DNA from: a virus
Length of the DNA: 64,000 bases
IMG/VR virus record: IMGVR_UViG_3300025319_000005
Coordinates: 127,289 to 191,288 of that record
Direction: 5' to 3' (one strand)
Below the pieces are notes generated by a model, which made no database searches, had not been told where the DNA came from, and saw nothing but the letters and a program-made list of their open reading frames with translations. The first letter of the stretch is position 1. Each line of letters opens with the position of its first letter. The translations under genes were made by a program, and so were the position numbers. Positions 20,069-28,820 of the stretch are shown piece by piece.

Positions 20069-21583
20069 CTATAAAAATCCTTCGGTGGTAGCCCACCTAT
20101 ATTGTTCTGCAGTTAGGAAATTAGGAACTTTTTCTAAACCCTTTTTATTAGCTATCTTTGAAATGTAATAATTTTTCAAATCTTTTGAAAGCAAGTTAAA
20201 AAATCTATTAGGCATAAACGTATAAAAGTTATCTAAATATTTGTTTATGTAAAGTTTCTTTTCTCGTTCGTCAAGTTCGCTGAATTGTTCTGGTTCAATA
20301 AGATGAACTTTGTTTTTCAAGAGTCCTTTACGATAACGTTCTTTTTGTTCTGGCGTAGCCATTTCATATGCCCAAGAAGGTAGTTTTTTGCCAGAATTTG
20401 ACATTTGTTCAATGTAATAGGCCACTAACTTAGGGTCAGAGTCTAAAGCAACTGAATGAGGTAGTTCTCCACCTTTCTTTACTATATCTTTATAGTAGTA
20501 AACCTTTAGTCTGTTTTCTGCATTTTTAAAATAATAAGAAGGTAATGAGGTTGAGCTATATTTAGATAATTTTTTTTCTATAGCTTTTTGACGTTCCTCC
20601 GGTTCCATTAACAATAAATATTTTTCAGCAATAGTCCATCCATTCTCAGCGAATATTTTTATTTGCAATTCTCTTAGTCCGGGTATTGTGTCAATTATTG
20701 TTTCTGGTATTTTTAATCCTTTTCTAATACGTTCTTCAAGTGCCGGCATAAATCTTTGAATAGCTTCTGGATTTCTTTCTGCAATAGCTCCAAGTAATGA
20801 AAGCGCAGTATCACTTAAATCTTGACTTGTGGATAAATATTTTGCAATAGCTTCATTTAATGCATCAGCGATACTTGGATTATTTTTGAAAAATTCTCCG
20901 ACATCTATCTGACTATCATTCATGTTCATGAATTGATTCGACTCAAAATGAAACTGATATCTTCTTGTCGCATCATCTTGATTTAATTTCAATTTGTCTA
21001 TAATGATGTATAATGGACCGTCTTTTGTGTAATGTTCGTAATTATCAGGAAATCTCGTGCACCATTGACTAGTACATGCATAGAATTTCGAAGACTCGTA
21101 AGATTTAGGAACAACAACCATCCATCTTCTGTTTTCGAAAAATAATTCTGCTTGACCGTTATTTATAAAAAATCTATCAGTTAAAAGATATGATTCATCA
21201 TCTTTAACTTGACCGGTTCCTCCAAATCTTGAATTAAGAATAAATAACTCTGGAAGTGAACTTATTTTACCAATATCCTTAGCATTTTCTGGAAGAATAT
21301 TTTGTTTTTTAAGCTCATTATACATAATGAGATATTCCTTTGCTTTATATAAATCTTCTTTTCTTAATTTCCCTTTTTTGTGAAGAGAAAGTAACCACTT
21401 TGAATATTGTCCTAACTTATCTGGAATTCCTTTTTTTATAGGAGTTGTAGGGTCTGCTTTTATAATGTCGTAAAAAAAATCGAGACGAATATCTACATAG
21501 TACTTTTCGTATATGTCAGACACTTTTGACTCAGAGAGAATTCCAGCCAATTCCTGCAGTCTTTTTTTGAGTTTGTCGTCCAT
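20069..21583 (-). CDS. Putative virion protein
   Basis: KKRLQELAGILSE tag; WCT..GPLYII..YQFHFESNQFM motif. Confidence 0.7.
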   Translation of the reverse strand: MDDKLKKRLQELAGILSESKVSDIYEKYYVDIRLDFFYDIIKADPTTPIKKGIPDKLGQYSKWLLSLHKKGKLRKEDLYKAKEYLIMYNELKKQNILPENAKDIGKISSLPELFILNSRFGGTGQVKDDESYLLTDRFFINNGQAELFFENRRWMVVVPKSYESSKFYACTSQWCTRFPDNYEHYTKDGPLYIIIDKLKLNQDDATRRYQFHFESNQFMNMNDSQIDVGEFFKNNPSIADALNEAIAKYLSTSQDLSDTALSLLGAIAERNPEAIQRFMPALEERIRKGLKIPETIIDTIPGLRELQIKIFAENGWTIAEKYLLLMEPEERQKAIEKKLSKYSSTSLPSYYFKNAENRLKVYYYKDIVKKGGELPHSVALDSDPKLVAYYIEQMSNSGKKLPSWAYEMATPEQKERYRKGLLKNKVHLIEPEQFSELDEREKKLYINKYLDNFYTFMPNRFFNLLSKDLKNYYISKIANKKGLEKVPNFLTAEQYRWATTEGFL

Positions 21584-21692
21584 TTCTTTTAAATAGGAAA
21601 TTAAAGAGGAAAGTCAGGAAAAATCCTGACTTTTAACTTGATTTTTGTTGAATATTATCGTGCAACTTTCGAAAAATTCATTTTGTTTATCC

Positions 21693-21962
21693 TTATTTTC
21701 TCAATTTATAACCTTCCATAAAACTATCCCTACTTTTACCTGTATGTCCCCAATGTGATTTATCATTTTTATTGTTAGTAAAAAATTGCCAAGTAACTAT
21801 TTCATCCCCTAATCCATTTGATTCAATTAAATGTTTAACAATCTTAATTGAGTATTTTCGGTTAGGGTTATCATATATACCAATGGGATATTTTTTTGAT
21901 ATAATTTCCAATTCTTTTTTTAGTTTACTATCCATAATATTTTTTGGTTTCCTATACACCAT
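21693..21962 (-). CDS. Hypothetical protein
   Basis: 89-aa ORF. Confidence 0.5.
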   Translation of the reverse strand: MVYRKPKNIMDSKLKKELEIISKKYPIGIYDNPNRKYSIKIVKHLIESNGLGDEIVTWQFFTNNKNDKSHWGHTGKSRDSFMEGYKLRK

Positions 21963-22041
21963 AAGGTTTTAACTTATAATTATAAAATTTACGAATTAAA
22001 ATCCTGTCGAATTTTTTAATACTGCGCTTAGCCGATATACA

Positions 22042-23076
22042 TTATCTAATTTCAACATTAAGACGCTCAATTGAGGTGAATTTTATATTTTCTTGGATTT
22101 CATTTATTTCTGTATTTGTTAAAGTGCGATCATTTGATTGAAAAACTATTCTATAACACTTAGATTGTTTACCTGTTTTTGGGTGAGCAAATTCATCTAT
22201 TAATGAAACATTTTCTATTAAATCGCCTCCATTTTCTCTCACAATTTCACAAAAATTATTATGAGCGAAATTAGTATCTGCCCAAAATGCCAAATCTCTG
22301 GATATTGGTGGATAACTTGAGTATTCCTTAAATTTAACTACATCTCCAGAAATAAATTGATTTATAAATCTTTCATCAGACGACCAAAAGTAACGTATGT
22401 CTGGTATTTCAAATAAGAGGATAGACAATCTTTCCAAACCTAATCCAAAAGCAAATGCAGCTTTATTTTCTAAACCACAATTTTCCATAATTTTAGGTTG
22501 AACAACCCCTGCACCAAGAACCTCTAACCATTTTCCCTGAAACATAACTTCAACTTCAAAAGATGGATGTGTAAAAGGAAAATAATCTTCATTGAAGCGG
22601 TATTCACAATTTGGAAAAAGAACATCAATAAGACCTTTTAATGTTTTTTTAAGTTCTTCTTCTGCGTTTTTTCCATCTTCAATTACACATACACCTTCCA
22701 TTTGGTGAAAAACCGGATAATGAGAGCTGTCAATATCATCTTTCCGATACACATCACCTGTAACTAAAAATTTTGTATGACCAGCAGTTAATAATTCATT
22801 TTGGTGAGCCGATGTATGGGTTCGTAATATATGATTCTCATCAAAATAATAAGTATCACTCAATGAACGTGCAGGATGATCTTTTGGAATAAGTAGTTTA
22901 TCAAAACAATTTTCAGTTGTAACCTTTGGATTTAAATCATCAAATTTTTTATATTCATCTCCAAAGTAATCATAGATTTTTCTTTTAATAATTTCTAAAG
23001 GATGATTTTTTTGATTGTGTAAATTTCTGCCAATTTTAGCTTGGATTCCGGGGGTAATGTTTGATTTAAATTCCAT
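22042..23076 (-). CDS. pheS: Single-chain (mitochondrial-type) phenylalanyl-tRNA synthetase
   Basis: HPAR..DTYY, LRTHTSAHQ, HYPVFHQMEG, FPFTHPSFE, AFGLGLERL, plus C-terminal FDX-ACB domain (YPPISRDLAF..TLTNTEIN). Confidence 0.92.
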   Translation of the reverse strand: MEFKSNITPGIQAKIGRNLHNQKNHPLEIIKRKIYDYFGDEYKKFDDLNPKVTTENCFDKLLIPKDHPARSLSDTYYFDENHILRTHTSAHQNELLTAGHTKFLVTGDVYRKDDIDSSHYPVFHQMEGVCVIEDGKNAEEELKKTLKGLIDVLFPNCEYRFNEDYFPFTHPSFEVEVMFQGKWLEVLGAGVVQPKIMENCGLENKAAFAFGLGLERLSILLFEIPDIRYFWSSDERFINQFISGDVVKFKEYSSYPPISRDLAFWADTNFAHNNFCEIVRENGGDLIENVSLIDEFAHPKTGKQSKCYRIVFQSNDRTLTNTEINEIQENIKFTSIERLNVEIR

Positions 23077-23163
23077 AAAATAATTGTTTAATTGTTTTTT
23101 GTACAAATTTATAAAAATAATATTAATTAACAATATATTAAACGGAAATCTTTTTAGAATGTT

Positions 23164-23832
23164 TTAATCAAATTTCATATTCATTAGTTCTAACAATTCC
23201 TTGTCCATACTGTCAGAATATCCTGAGCTAAAAATGGCAAATTCCGTTATTAATTTTAAATATTTTGGAGACGGTTCTCCATTTGCCTTGCCCTTAGTCT
23301 GAATTGCCATTCCGGTATGAGTATCAATCTCAATTGTTACATGCGACTCATTCTTTTCGTCTCGTAAAGAAACTATTAACGAATTGCCTTGTTTCACTTT
23401 GGTAGTATATGTTCCTACGCAGTTTCTCATTGTTTCGCCTTCTGTTGCTAAATCTTCCACGTCCAAAAGAACAAAATAATGTATTCCATCACGGCATCTA
23501 TATAATATTTTATCATCCTCTTCTTTTTCTTTATTTTTAATAGTTTCATCAAATTTCATGTCGTCATGCCATACTTGTGCCAGTACATAAGCCTCCAAAA
23601 AAGATAAAGATAAGATATTTGGCTTTTCTTTTTTTGCCCAATCTATTATAAATAAAAATCCATCAAGATTATTCAGAAGAGTATCATCTTTCTTTACTTG
23701 ACCTCCAATCCAAATATTAAATTTGTCAGTTCCGGATAAACGTCCGATTTCACTTATTTTTCTAACAAGCTCCTCATCAATTTTGAAGTTATCTAAGAGA
23801 TATTTTTCTTTCTTTGTTAATTGCTCTGCCAT
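23164..23832 (-). CDS. PcfJ-like domain protein
   Basis: EGETMRNCVGTY..SLRD..HVTIE..QTKGKAN. Confidence 0.75.
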   Translation of the reverse strand: MAEQLTKKEKYLLDNFKIDEELVRKISEIGRLSGTDKFNIWIGGQVKKDDTLLNNLDGFLFIIDWAKKEKPNILSLSFLEAYVLAQVWHDDMKFDETIKNKEKEEDDKILYRCRDGIHYFVLLDVEDLATEGETMRNCVGTYTTKVKQGNSLIVSLRDEKNESHVTIEIDTHTGMAIQTKGKANGEPSPKYLKLITEFAIFSSGYSDSMDKELLELMNMKFD

Positions 23833-23835
23833 AAT

Positions 23836-24552
23836 CTATTTCTTAATGTAATTCAAAATTTGCTTAGCACAATCCTCAACATTAAATTTTTGTGTATCAA
23901 CAATAATCTCTGGGTTTAATGGAATTTCATAAGGTGCTGTATCGTGCACTCCTGTAAAATCCTTTATCTCCCCACTCCTCGCCTTTGCATACAACCCTTT
24001 AACGTCTCTTTGTTCACAAATACTCAAAGGTGTATTGACATATATTTCAGTAAAATCCTTACTTATACTCCTTACATAATCTCTTGCTTCAGCATATGGA
24101 GAAATAAGACTTACGACAGGTATTATACCTTGACTTTGTAAATAAACTGCCATTTTTCCAACATCTTGATTGTGTCTTATTCTTGCAGCTTTATCAAAGC
24201 CATAATTTTTAAATATTTCTCTGATTTCATCTCCATCCAAAAGCATGGCGGCATGACCACCTTCTTTCAGACGAGTTAAAACTTCTTTTGCTATCGTTGT
24301 TTTTCCAGAACATGAGAGCCCGGTAAAAAATAACATGCTCGTTCTATATTTTTTCTTTGTAAGTTTATCCCACACAATATCAAACCAATAATATGTAAGT
24401 ATTTTTACAATATTTTCCACAAGGCCAAGCATTATGGAGAGTTTTATGTTTCCAGTAAGAAGAAAAGAAACAACAAATGTTACAACAAAAGAATAAATTC
24501 TGTAAATTACAGATTTTGTCATGTGTTTTATGTTAATTATTTTCCTTAGCAT
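23836..24552 (-). CDS. cysC: Adenylyl-sulfate (APS) kinase with N-terminal DUF2061-like membrane segment
   Basis: FTGLSCSGKTT, LDGDEIR, RDVKGLY..G.IKDFTG..YE.P; start may be 24522. Confidence 0.9.
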   Translation of the reverse strand: MLRKIINIKHMTKSVIYRIYSFVVTFVVSFLLTGNIKLSIMLGLVENIVKILTYYWFDIVWDKLTKKKYRTSMLFFTGLSCSGKTTIAKEVLTRLKEGGHAAMLLDGDEIREIFKNYGFDKAARIRHNQDVGKMAVYLQSQGIIPVVSLISPYAEARDYVRSISKDFTEIYVNTPLSICEQRDVKGLYAKARSGEIKDFTGVHDTAPYEIPLNPEIIVDTQKFNVEDCAKQILNYIKK

Positions 24553-24555
24553 TGT

Positions 24556-24822
24556 TTAAGAGTTCACTGTTATAGTTATTCTGCATTGTTGCTCATCTAT
24601 TTCTTCTACCAAAAAATTTCCGGTAAGTATTTTCTTATCTTCAAATCTTTTACCATTAATCATATAGTTTTTTCTGAAACTAAATGTATTATTATCTTCG
24701 TTCATATGAAACTCGCTCACAGTATAACAATTCATAACAACCCTCAATTTGTGTTGTATTGTAGTTCTTTTCCTTCTTTGAAATTTAGGAAAACTGAATA
24801 AAAATTGTTTTGTAGCTGGCAT
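24556..24822 (-). CDS. Hypothetical protein
   Basis: Coupled ORF in operon. Confidence 0.55.
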   Translation of the reverse strand: MPATKQFLFSFPKFQRRKRTTIQHKLRVVMNCYTVSEFHMNEDNNTFSFRKNYMINGKRFEDKKILTGNFLVEEIDEQQCRITITVNS

Positions 24823-25394
24823 TAATTTGAGTTATTATTTTTTTCTGCTTCTATTTTTCTTTTTTTTCTCATTTGATATTGTTCACGATACTTCTTTTTA
24901 AGTTGTGGTTTTGTTAGTGGCTTTCTACCGGCACCCTTTGGTCGACCTCCTTTATTTGGAGTAGGTTCGATTACTTTAGTGGCATCTGAAACTTCCGGAG
25001 CTTCTTCGATTTTAGAAATGGGTTCAGTAACTATAAATTTAATTGAAGTACCTTCATTTTCAAGTTTGGGCTCTTTATATGGAAAATCATATATTGAGAC
25101 ATCTTCTTTTTGTGGTTTTGAAGTTTGTTCAAATATATCAAGAGCTTGTTCATTGACTGGGACAATAGGATATACTTGATACGAAATCATTCCAAATGGA
25201 ACAGAAAAATTTTCTATGCTTTCAATATTCCCTTTTTTCCTTTGAATAATGATAGATTTTGTTTCTGTTCCAATATCATCAACGAGAATGCAGTTTCCAT
25301 GAAATAATTCTACAGTTATGCTTTGGCTGTCTGTTTTCATAACAGATACATTTACTTTAATCCCCATTGGAGATATGTTTTTTATTAGTTTCAT
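24822..25394 (-). CDS. Hypothetical protein with AT-hook-like basic tail
   Basis: KGGRPKGAGRKP. Confidence 0.6.
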   Translation of the reverse strand: MKLIKNISPMGIKVNVSVMKTDSQSITVELFHGNCILVDDIGTETKSIIIQRKKGNIESIENFSVPFGMISYQVYPIVPVNEQALDIFEQTSKPQKEDVSIYDFPYKEPKLENEGTSIKFIVTEPISKIEEAPEVSDATKVIEPTPNKGGRPKGAGRKPLTKPQLKKKYREQYQMRKKRKIEAEKNNNSN

Positions 25395-25493
25395 TTGTAA
25401 TTGATTTTATTATACAAACATAACTAATTTAAAACAAAAAAGAAAGGCTCGCGATAAAAATTATGCGAACCTTTCTAATACAAAAAAATATTA

Positions 25494-27272
25494 TTATTTA
25501 ATATTCGGATTTGGAACAAAAACCTTTGAATTCAAATCTAAAATGTATTTCTTATTCTCATTCAAAAAGTCTTTTTTATAGAATTTATACTCTAATTCAA
25601 ATAAAGAGCCTGGTTTTTTCACGATTACAGTCTCTTCTGAATTGCTATTTATTTCCTTTACGTGTTCTTTGATAACTTTTATCGGCTCTTTGCATGGTTT
25701 TGAAGGAATAATTGGCTTACTTGTATAATCACATTCATTTAAGAATTCATTAAGTTCTTCGTTCTCAACTATTGATTCATTAAGTTTGAAGCTTGTTAAT
25801 TTTTTCCATCTTTCTTTTAAATATTCATCTGATGTTTTTTCTGTAACTAAGTATCTTTTATTTATTCCTTTTGCTTCATTTTCAGAAGTGGAGAACATTT
25901 TCTTTTTAGTTAAATCCAATCTTGCTTTTGGAGATTCGACAGATTCATTTTTTATACCATGTTTTTTTAAACCTTTTGAGGCAAATTCTAATTCTTCCGG
26001 ACTATTAACTTTGATTCCATCCATTCCAGGTGCTCCAATGATGTGGTTGTGTTTTAAGTTGTCTAAGTTTTTTTGAGGAACTGTTGTCCAAAAATTATCA
26101 CCTTCATTCATAGAAACAATTTTATATCCTTCTGCTATTTTGGGTCTCTTATTTGCTTTTTGTTTACCATATGCAGTTTCTTTTACTGTTTTTTTAAATG
26201 CATTAGGCGTAAGATAAGCGCCAGCTCCTGCACCACTTGGTCCGGAAGCTGTAACTCCTGCTCCAGCGCCACCTTCTTCATTAAGTTCCTCTGCTTTTTC
26301 TGTTTTAGAAACATGAATTTTATCTATATGATTGAAAAGATCTTTTTTCTCAATAGGAGTAAGAGATTTAAAATCAGATGTTCCAAATTTCTTTTTCATT
26401 TGACTCTTCACTAAATCAATATATTCTTCTTTTCCCATTGCGCTATTTTCAGCTCTTTCATTTAATTCTTTTTCATTTTTATCAAATAAAAGAGACTTCC
26501 CTTTTTCAGCTTTTTTATCGATTTTATCATAAGGACTTACTTTTGATAAAGGTTTAGTATTAGCATCTTTTATTGGTTTTATATTTTTTTCTTCTTTTTT
26601 TGATTCATTTATTGAGCCAAATAATTCTTCCGAAGAGGAAAATATGCTTTTAAGTGTTAGTTTTTTCATTGATTGTTTATTTTCATTAACGATAGATGTT
26701 GTGCTTTTGTCAGTTTTATCTTCAACTCCAAGCTTAGTGTTTGATAGATAACCTACTTCTTTTTTTGCAGCTTCTGAAAAAAGTTCTTTCATAGCTTTTT
26801 GTAATTCTGCTTTTTTAGAAGCGTCAGCAGAAATTGATTTAATAAAAGCATAAGCTGTTGTACTTTTACCTGAATATTTATTAGAATCTACTCCTCTAAA
26901 AAATCCAGCTTCTGTAGTTCTGTATTCAACATTAACCGTTTTGCCATTAAATTCGAAATTGATATCAGACTGAACTCTTTTTACACCAAGTATTACTTGC
27001 TTTTCTAAGCTTGATTTAGTTTTACCAGCAATTTTTATACTGAATTTGTTTTGTTCAGTGCCGGTACCATAAGCTTTTCCAGTTCCGTAAAATCCAGCTT
27101 TCTTTTCATTTTTTTCAAATCCCATTTTGGAAAACGCATCTTCTGTTGTAGATTCAAGCAATTCTTTTGCAAGCTCTATAACACTTTCTTTTATTTCGAC
27201 TCCCTGTTGAAAATCGTCAGTTCTTTTAACTTCTGGATTCGTAGAGGGTTCTTTATCTTTTGGATTAGCCAT
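25494..27272 (-). CDS. Putative virion protein
   Basis: 592 aa; many LxE sites; GAYLTPNAF motif; CTATTTA upstream. Confidence 0.65.
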   Translation of the reverse strand: MANPKDKEPSTNPEVKRTDDFQQGVEIKESVIELAKELLESTTEDAFSKMGFEKNEKKAGFYGTGKAYGTGTEQNKFSIKIAGKTKSSLEKQVILGVKRVQSDINFEFNGKTVNVEYRTTEAGFFRGVDSNKYSGKSTTAYAFIKSISADASKKAELQKAMKELFSEAAKKEVGYLSNTKLGVEDKTDKSTTSIVNENKQSMKKLTLKSIFSSSEELFGSINESKKEEKNIKPIKDANTKPLSKVSPYDKIDKKAEKGKSLLFDKNEKELNERAENSAMGKEEYIDLVKSQMKKKFGTSDFKSLTPIEKKDLFNHIDKIHVSKTEKAEELNEEGGAGAGVTASGPSGAGAGAYLTPNAFKKTVKETAYGKQKANKRPKIAEGYKIVSMNEGDNFWTTVPQKNLDNLKHNHIIGAPGMDGIKVNSPEELEFASKGLKKHGIKNESVESPKARLDLTKKKMFSTSENEAKGINKRYLVTEKTSDEYLKERWKKLTSFKLNESIVENEELNEFLNECDYTSKPIIPSKPCKEPIKVIKEHVKEINSNSEETVIVKKPGSLFELEYKFYKKDFLNENKKYILDLNSKVFVPNPNIK

Positions 27273-27365
27273 TTTTAATACTTCTTTGTTAATAAATAGC
27301 AGAAAAATTGGAAAAGCTGTAATGTTCTGAAAACAAAAAATCCAGCAACATTGCTGGATTAATTA

Positions 27366-27629
27366 TTAAATTAAATTTTTGCTTTTCCAAACCTCCCAAA
27401 TATCTCTTTCTATGTCTGGAATACCAGGATTATCAAGATATAACTTACCTTTATAAAGATAACCTTTGAATCTTTTTTTTGTTACAGATGATTCTAAAAT
27501 GCCAAATCTATCTTTTTTATTAAAAGTTACAGTATCAAAAATCTTTTTAGCATTTAACCAAAATTTATAATTCCATATTGCATTTAAAATATAAAATCGC
27601 AGAGTAGAATATTTCCAGTTATTAACCAT
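27366..27629 (-). CDS. Hypothetical protein
   Basis: Operon ORF. Confidence 0.55.
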   Translation of the reverse strand: MVNNWKYSTLRFYILNAIWNYKFWLNAKKIFDTVTFNKKDRFGILESSVTKKRFKGYLYKGKLYLDNPGIPDIERDIWEVWKSKNLI

Positions 27630-27632
27630 ATA

Positions 27633-27872
27633 CTAAAAAGGTAAAATTAAAGATATTGAACTACATATTAATAAAATACAAAATGCAGATAATAAAATCA
27701 TTAAAGAAACAGAACTGAATGCCATTGCTCCAATCATAAATTTTTCAATTAAAGAACCAGATTCAGACTCTTGAGACTTTGTGAATTTTTTATATTCCTT
27801 TATTATAAAATAAGATACATATCCAAACGCTATACTTAATAGCGCTAAGAATATTTTAAGAATTATTATCAT
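27633..27872 (-). CDS. Two-TM membrane protein
   Basis: Two hydrophobic helices. Confidence 0.6.
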   Translation of the reverse strand: MIIILKIFLALLSIAFGYVSYFIIKEYKKFTKSQESESGSLIEKFMIGAMAFSSVSLMILLSAFCILLICSSISLILPF

Positions 27873-28179
27873 GGTTTTCTAAATTATTGTTTTCTTTTAT
27901 TTGAGAAAATTGCTCTTGTAGTGCTGCTGTTATTTCGCCAACTTGTTTAGTAAATTGGTCTGGTTTTTCGTTCCCATTCTTTATAATTGTTAACGTTTCT
28001 ATCGTTGATTCAATTTTAGAAAGTTCAGTAAAAAGATCAACAGCTTGATTAACAATACCGGATACTCCACTATCTGAAATATTTTTATTTAAAACCAAAT
28101 CAAGTTGAGCCAAAACATTATCTCTTTGTGAATAAAGTTTTGACTCCACGGCTTTTAAAATTAAATTTTCTTTTTCCAT
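27856..28179 (-). CDS. Hypothetical coiled-coil protein
   Basis: Operon ORF. Confidence 0.6.
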   Translation of the reverse strand: MEKENLILKAVESKLYSQRDNVLAQLDLVLNKNISDSGVSGIVNQAVDLFTELSKIESTIETLTIIKNGNEKPDQFTKQVGEITAALQEQFSQIKENNNLENHDNNS

Positions 28180-28185
28180 TGTATT

Positions 28186-28755
28186 TTACATATCTTCTAA
28201 TTCAACTTGCTTCTTTCCTTTTTTTACTTTGCCTTCTTTTGCAAGTTTTTTCTCTTCTTTTCTTTCTTCTAAGTTTCTTCTACAGGCCAAATCGACTATC
28301 TCAGATGTACTCATTACTTTATCTGCTCCAAAGAAACGCATATTTGATTTGTATTCTTTTGAGTCCGGTGGGTTTTTACCAACTTTTTGTTTTTCCATAT
28401 CACCCATGTCAATACCACAAAGAGCTTTGTCAAGCATAATTATTTTTTGTTCAGGAGTAATGTCCTTCCACACATCATAAAATACAGTTAAAATGAAGTC
28501 ATAGGTATCATTAATCATTTTGTCCATATCATTTCTTTTGAAAAGATCAAACAATGAATAACTGCTTCCATCTTTTTTGGGTTTATCCGAATATAAGAAT
28601 TTAATCCTATTTGGCTCGATGTACTCGTTGTGTTGTGTAGTTTTTTTGATATGATTAGCTATAAATAGCATCTCATCATCAGCATCTTCAAATTTTTCAA
28701 TACTTTGAAAAACGGGGGTAGCATTTTTCAGCTTTAATTCTAATTCTTTGTCCAT
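28186..28755 (-). CDS. Phage metallopeptidase-like protein with a degenerate active site
   Basis: YDFIL..DVW..Q...LDKALCG (HExxH replaced)..PD. Confidence 0.5.
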   Translation of the reverse strand: MDKELELKLKNATPVFQSIEKFEDADDEMLFIANHIKKTTQHNEYIEPNRIKFLYSDKPKKDGSSYSLFDLFKRNDMDKMINDTYDFILTVFYDVWKDITPEQKIIMLDKALCGIDMGDMEKQKVGKNPPDSKEYKSNMRFFGADKVMSTSEIVDLACRRNLEERKEEKKLAKEGKVKKGKKQVELEDM

Positions 28756-28820
28756 TGGATAATTTTTTATTTGTTTAGGTTACAAATATAATTAGCGCAA
28801 ACGAGAAAATCAAATTTTTT

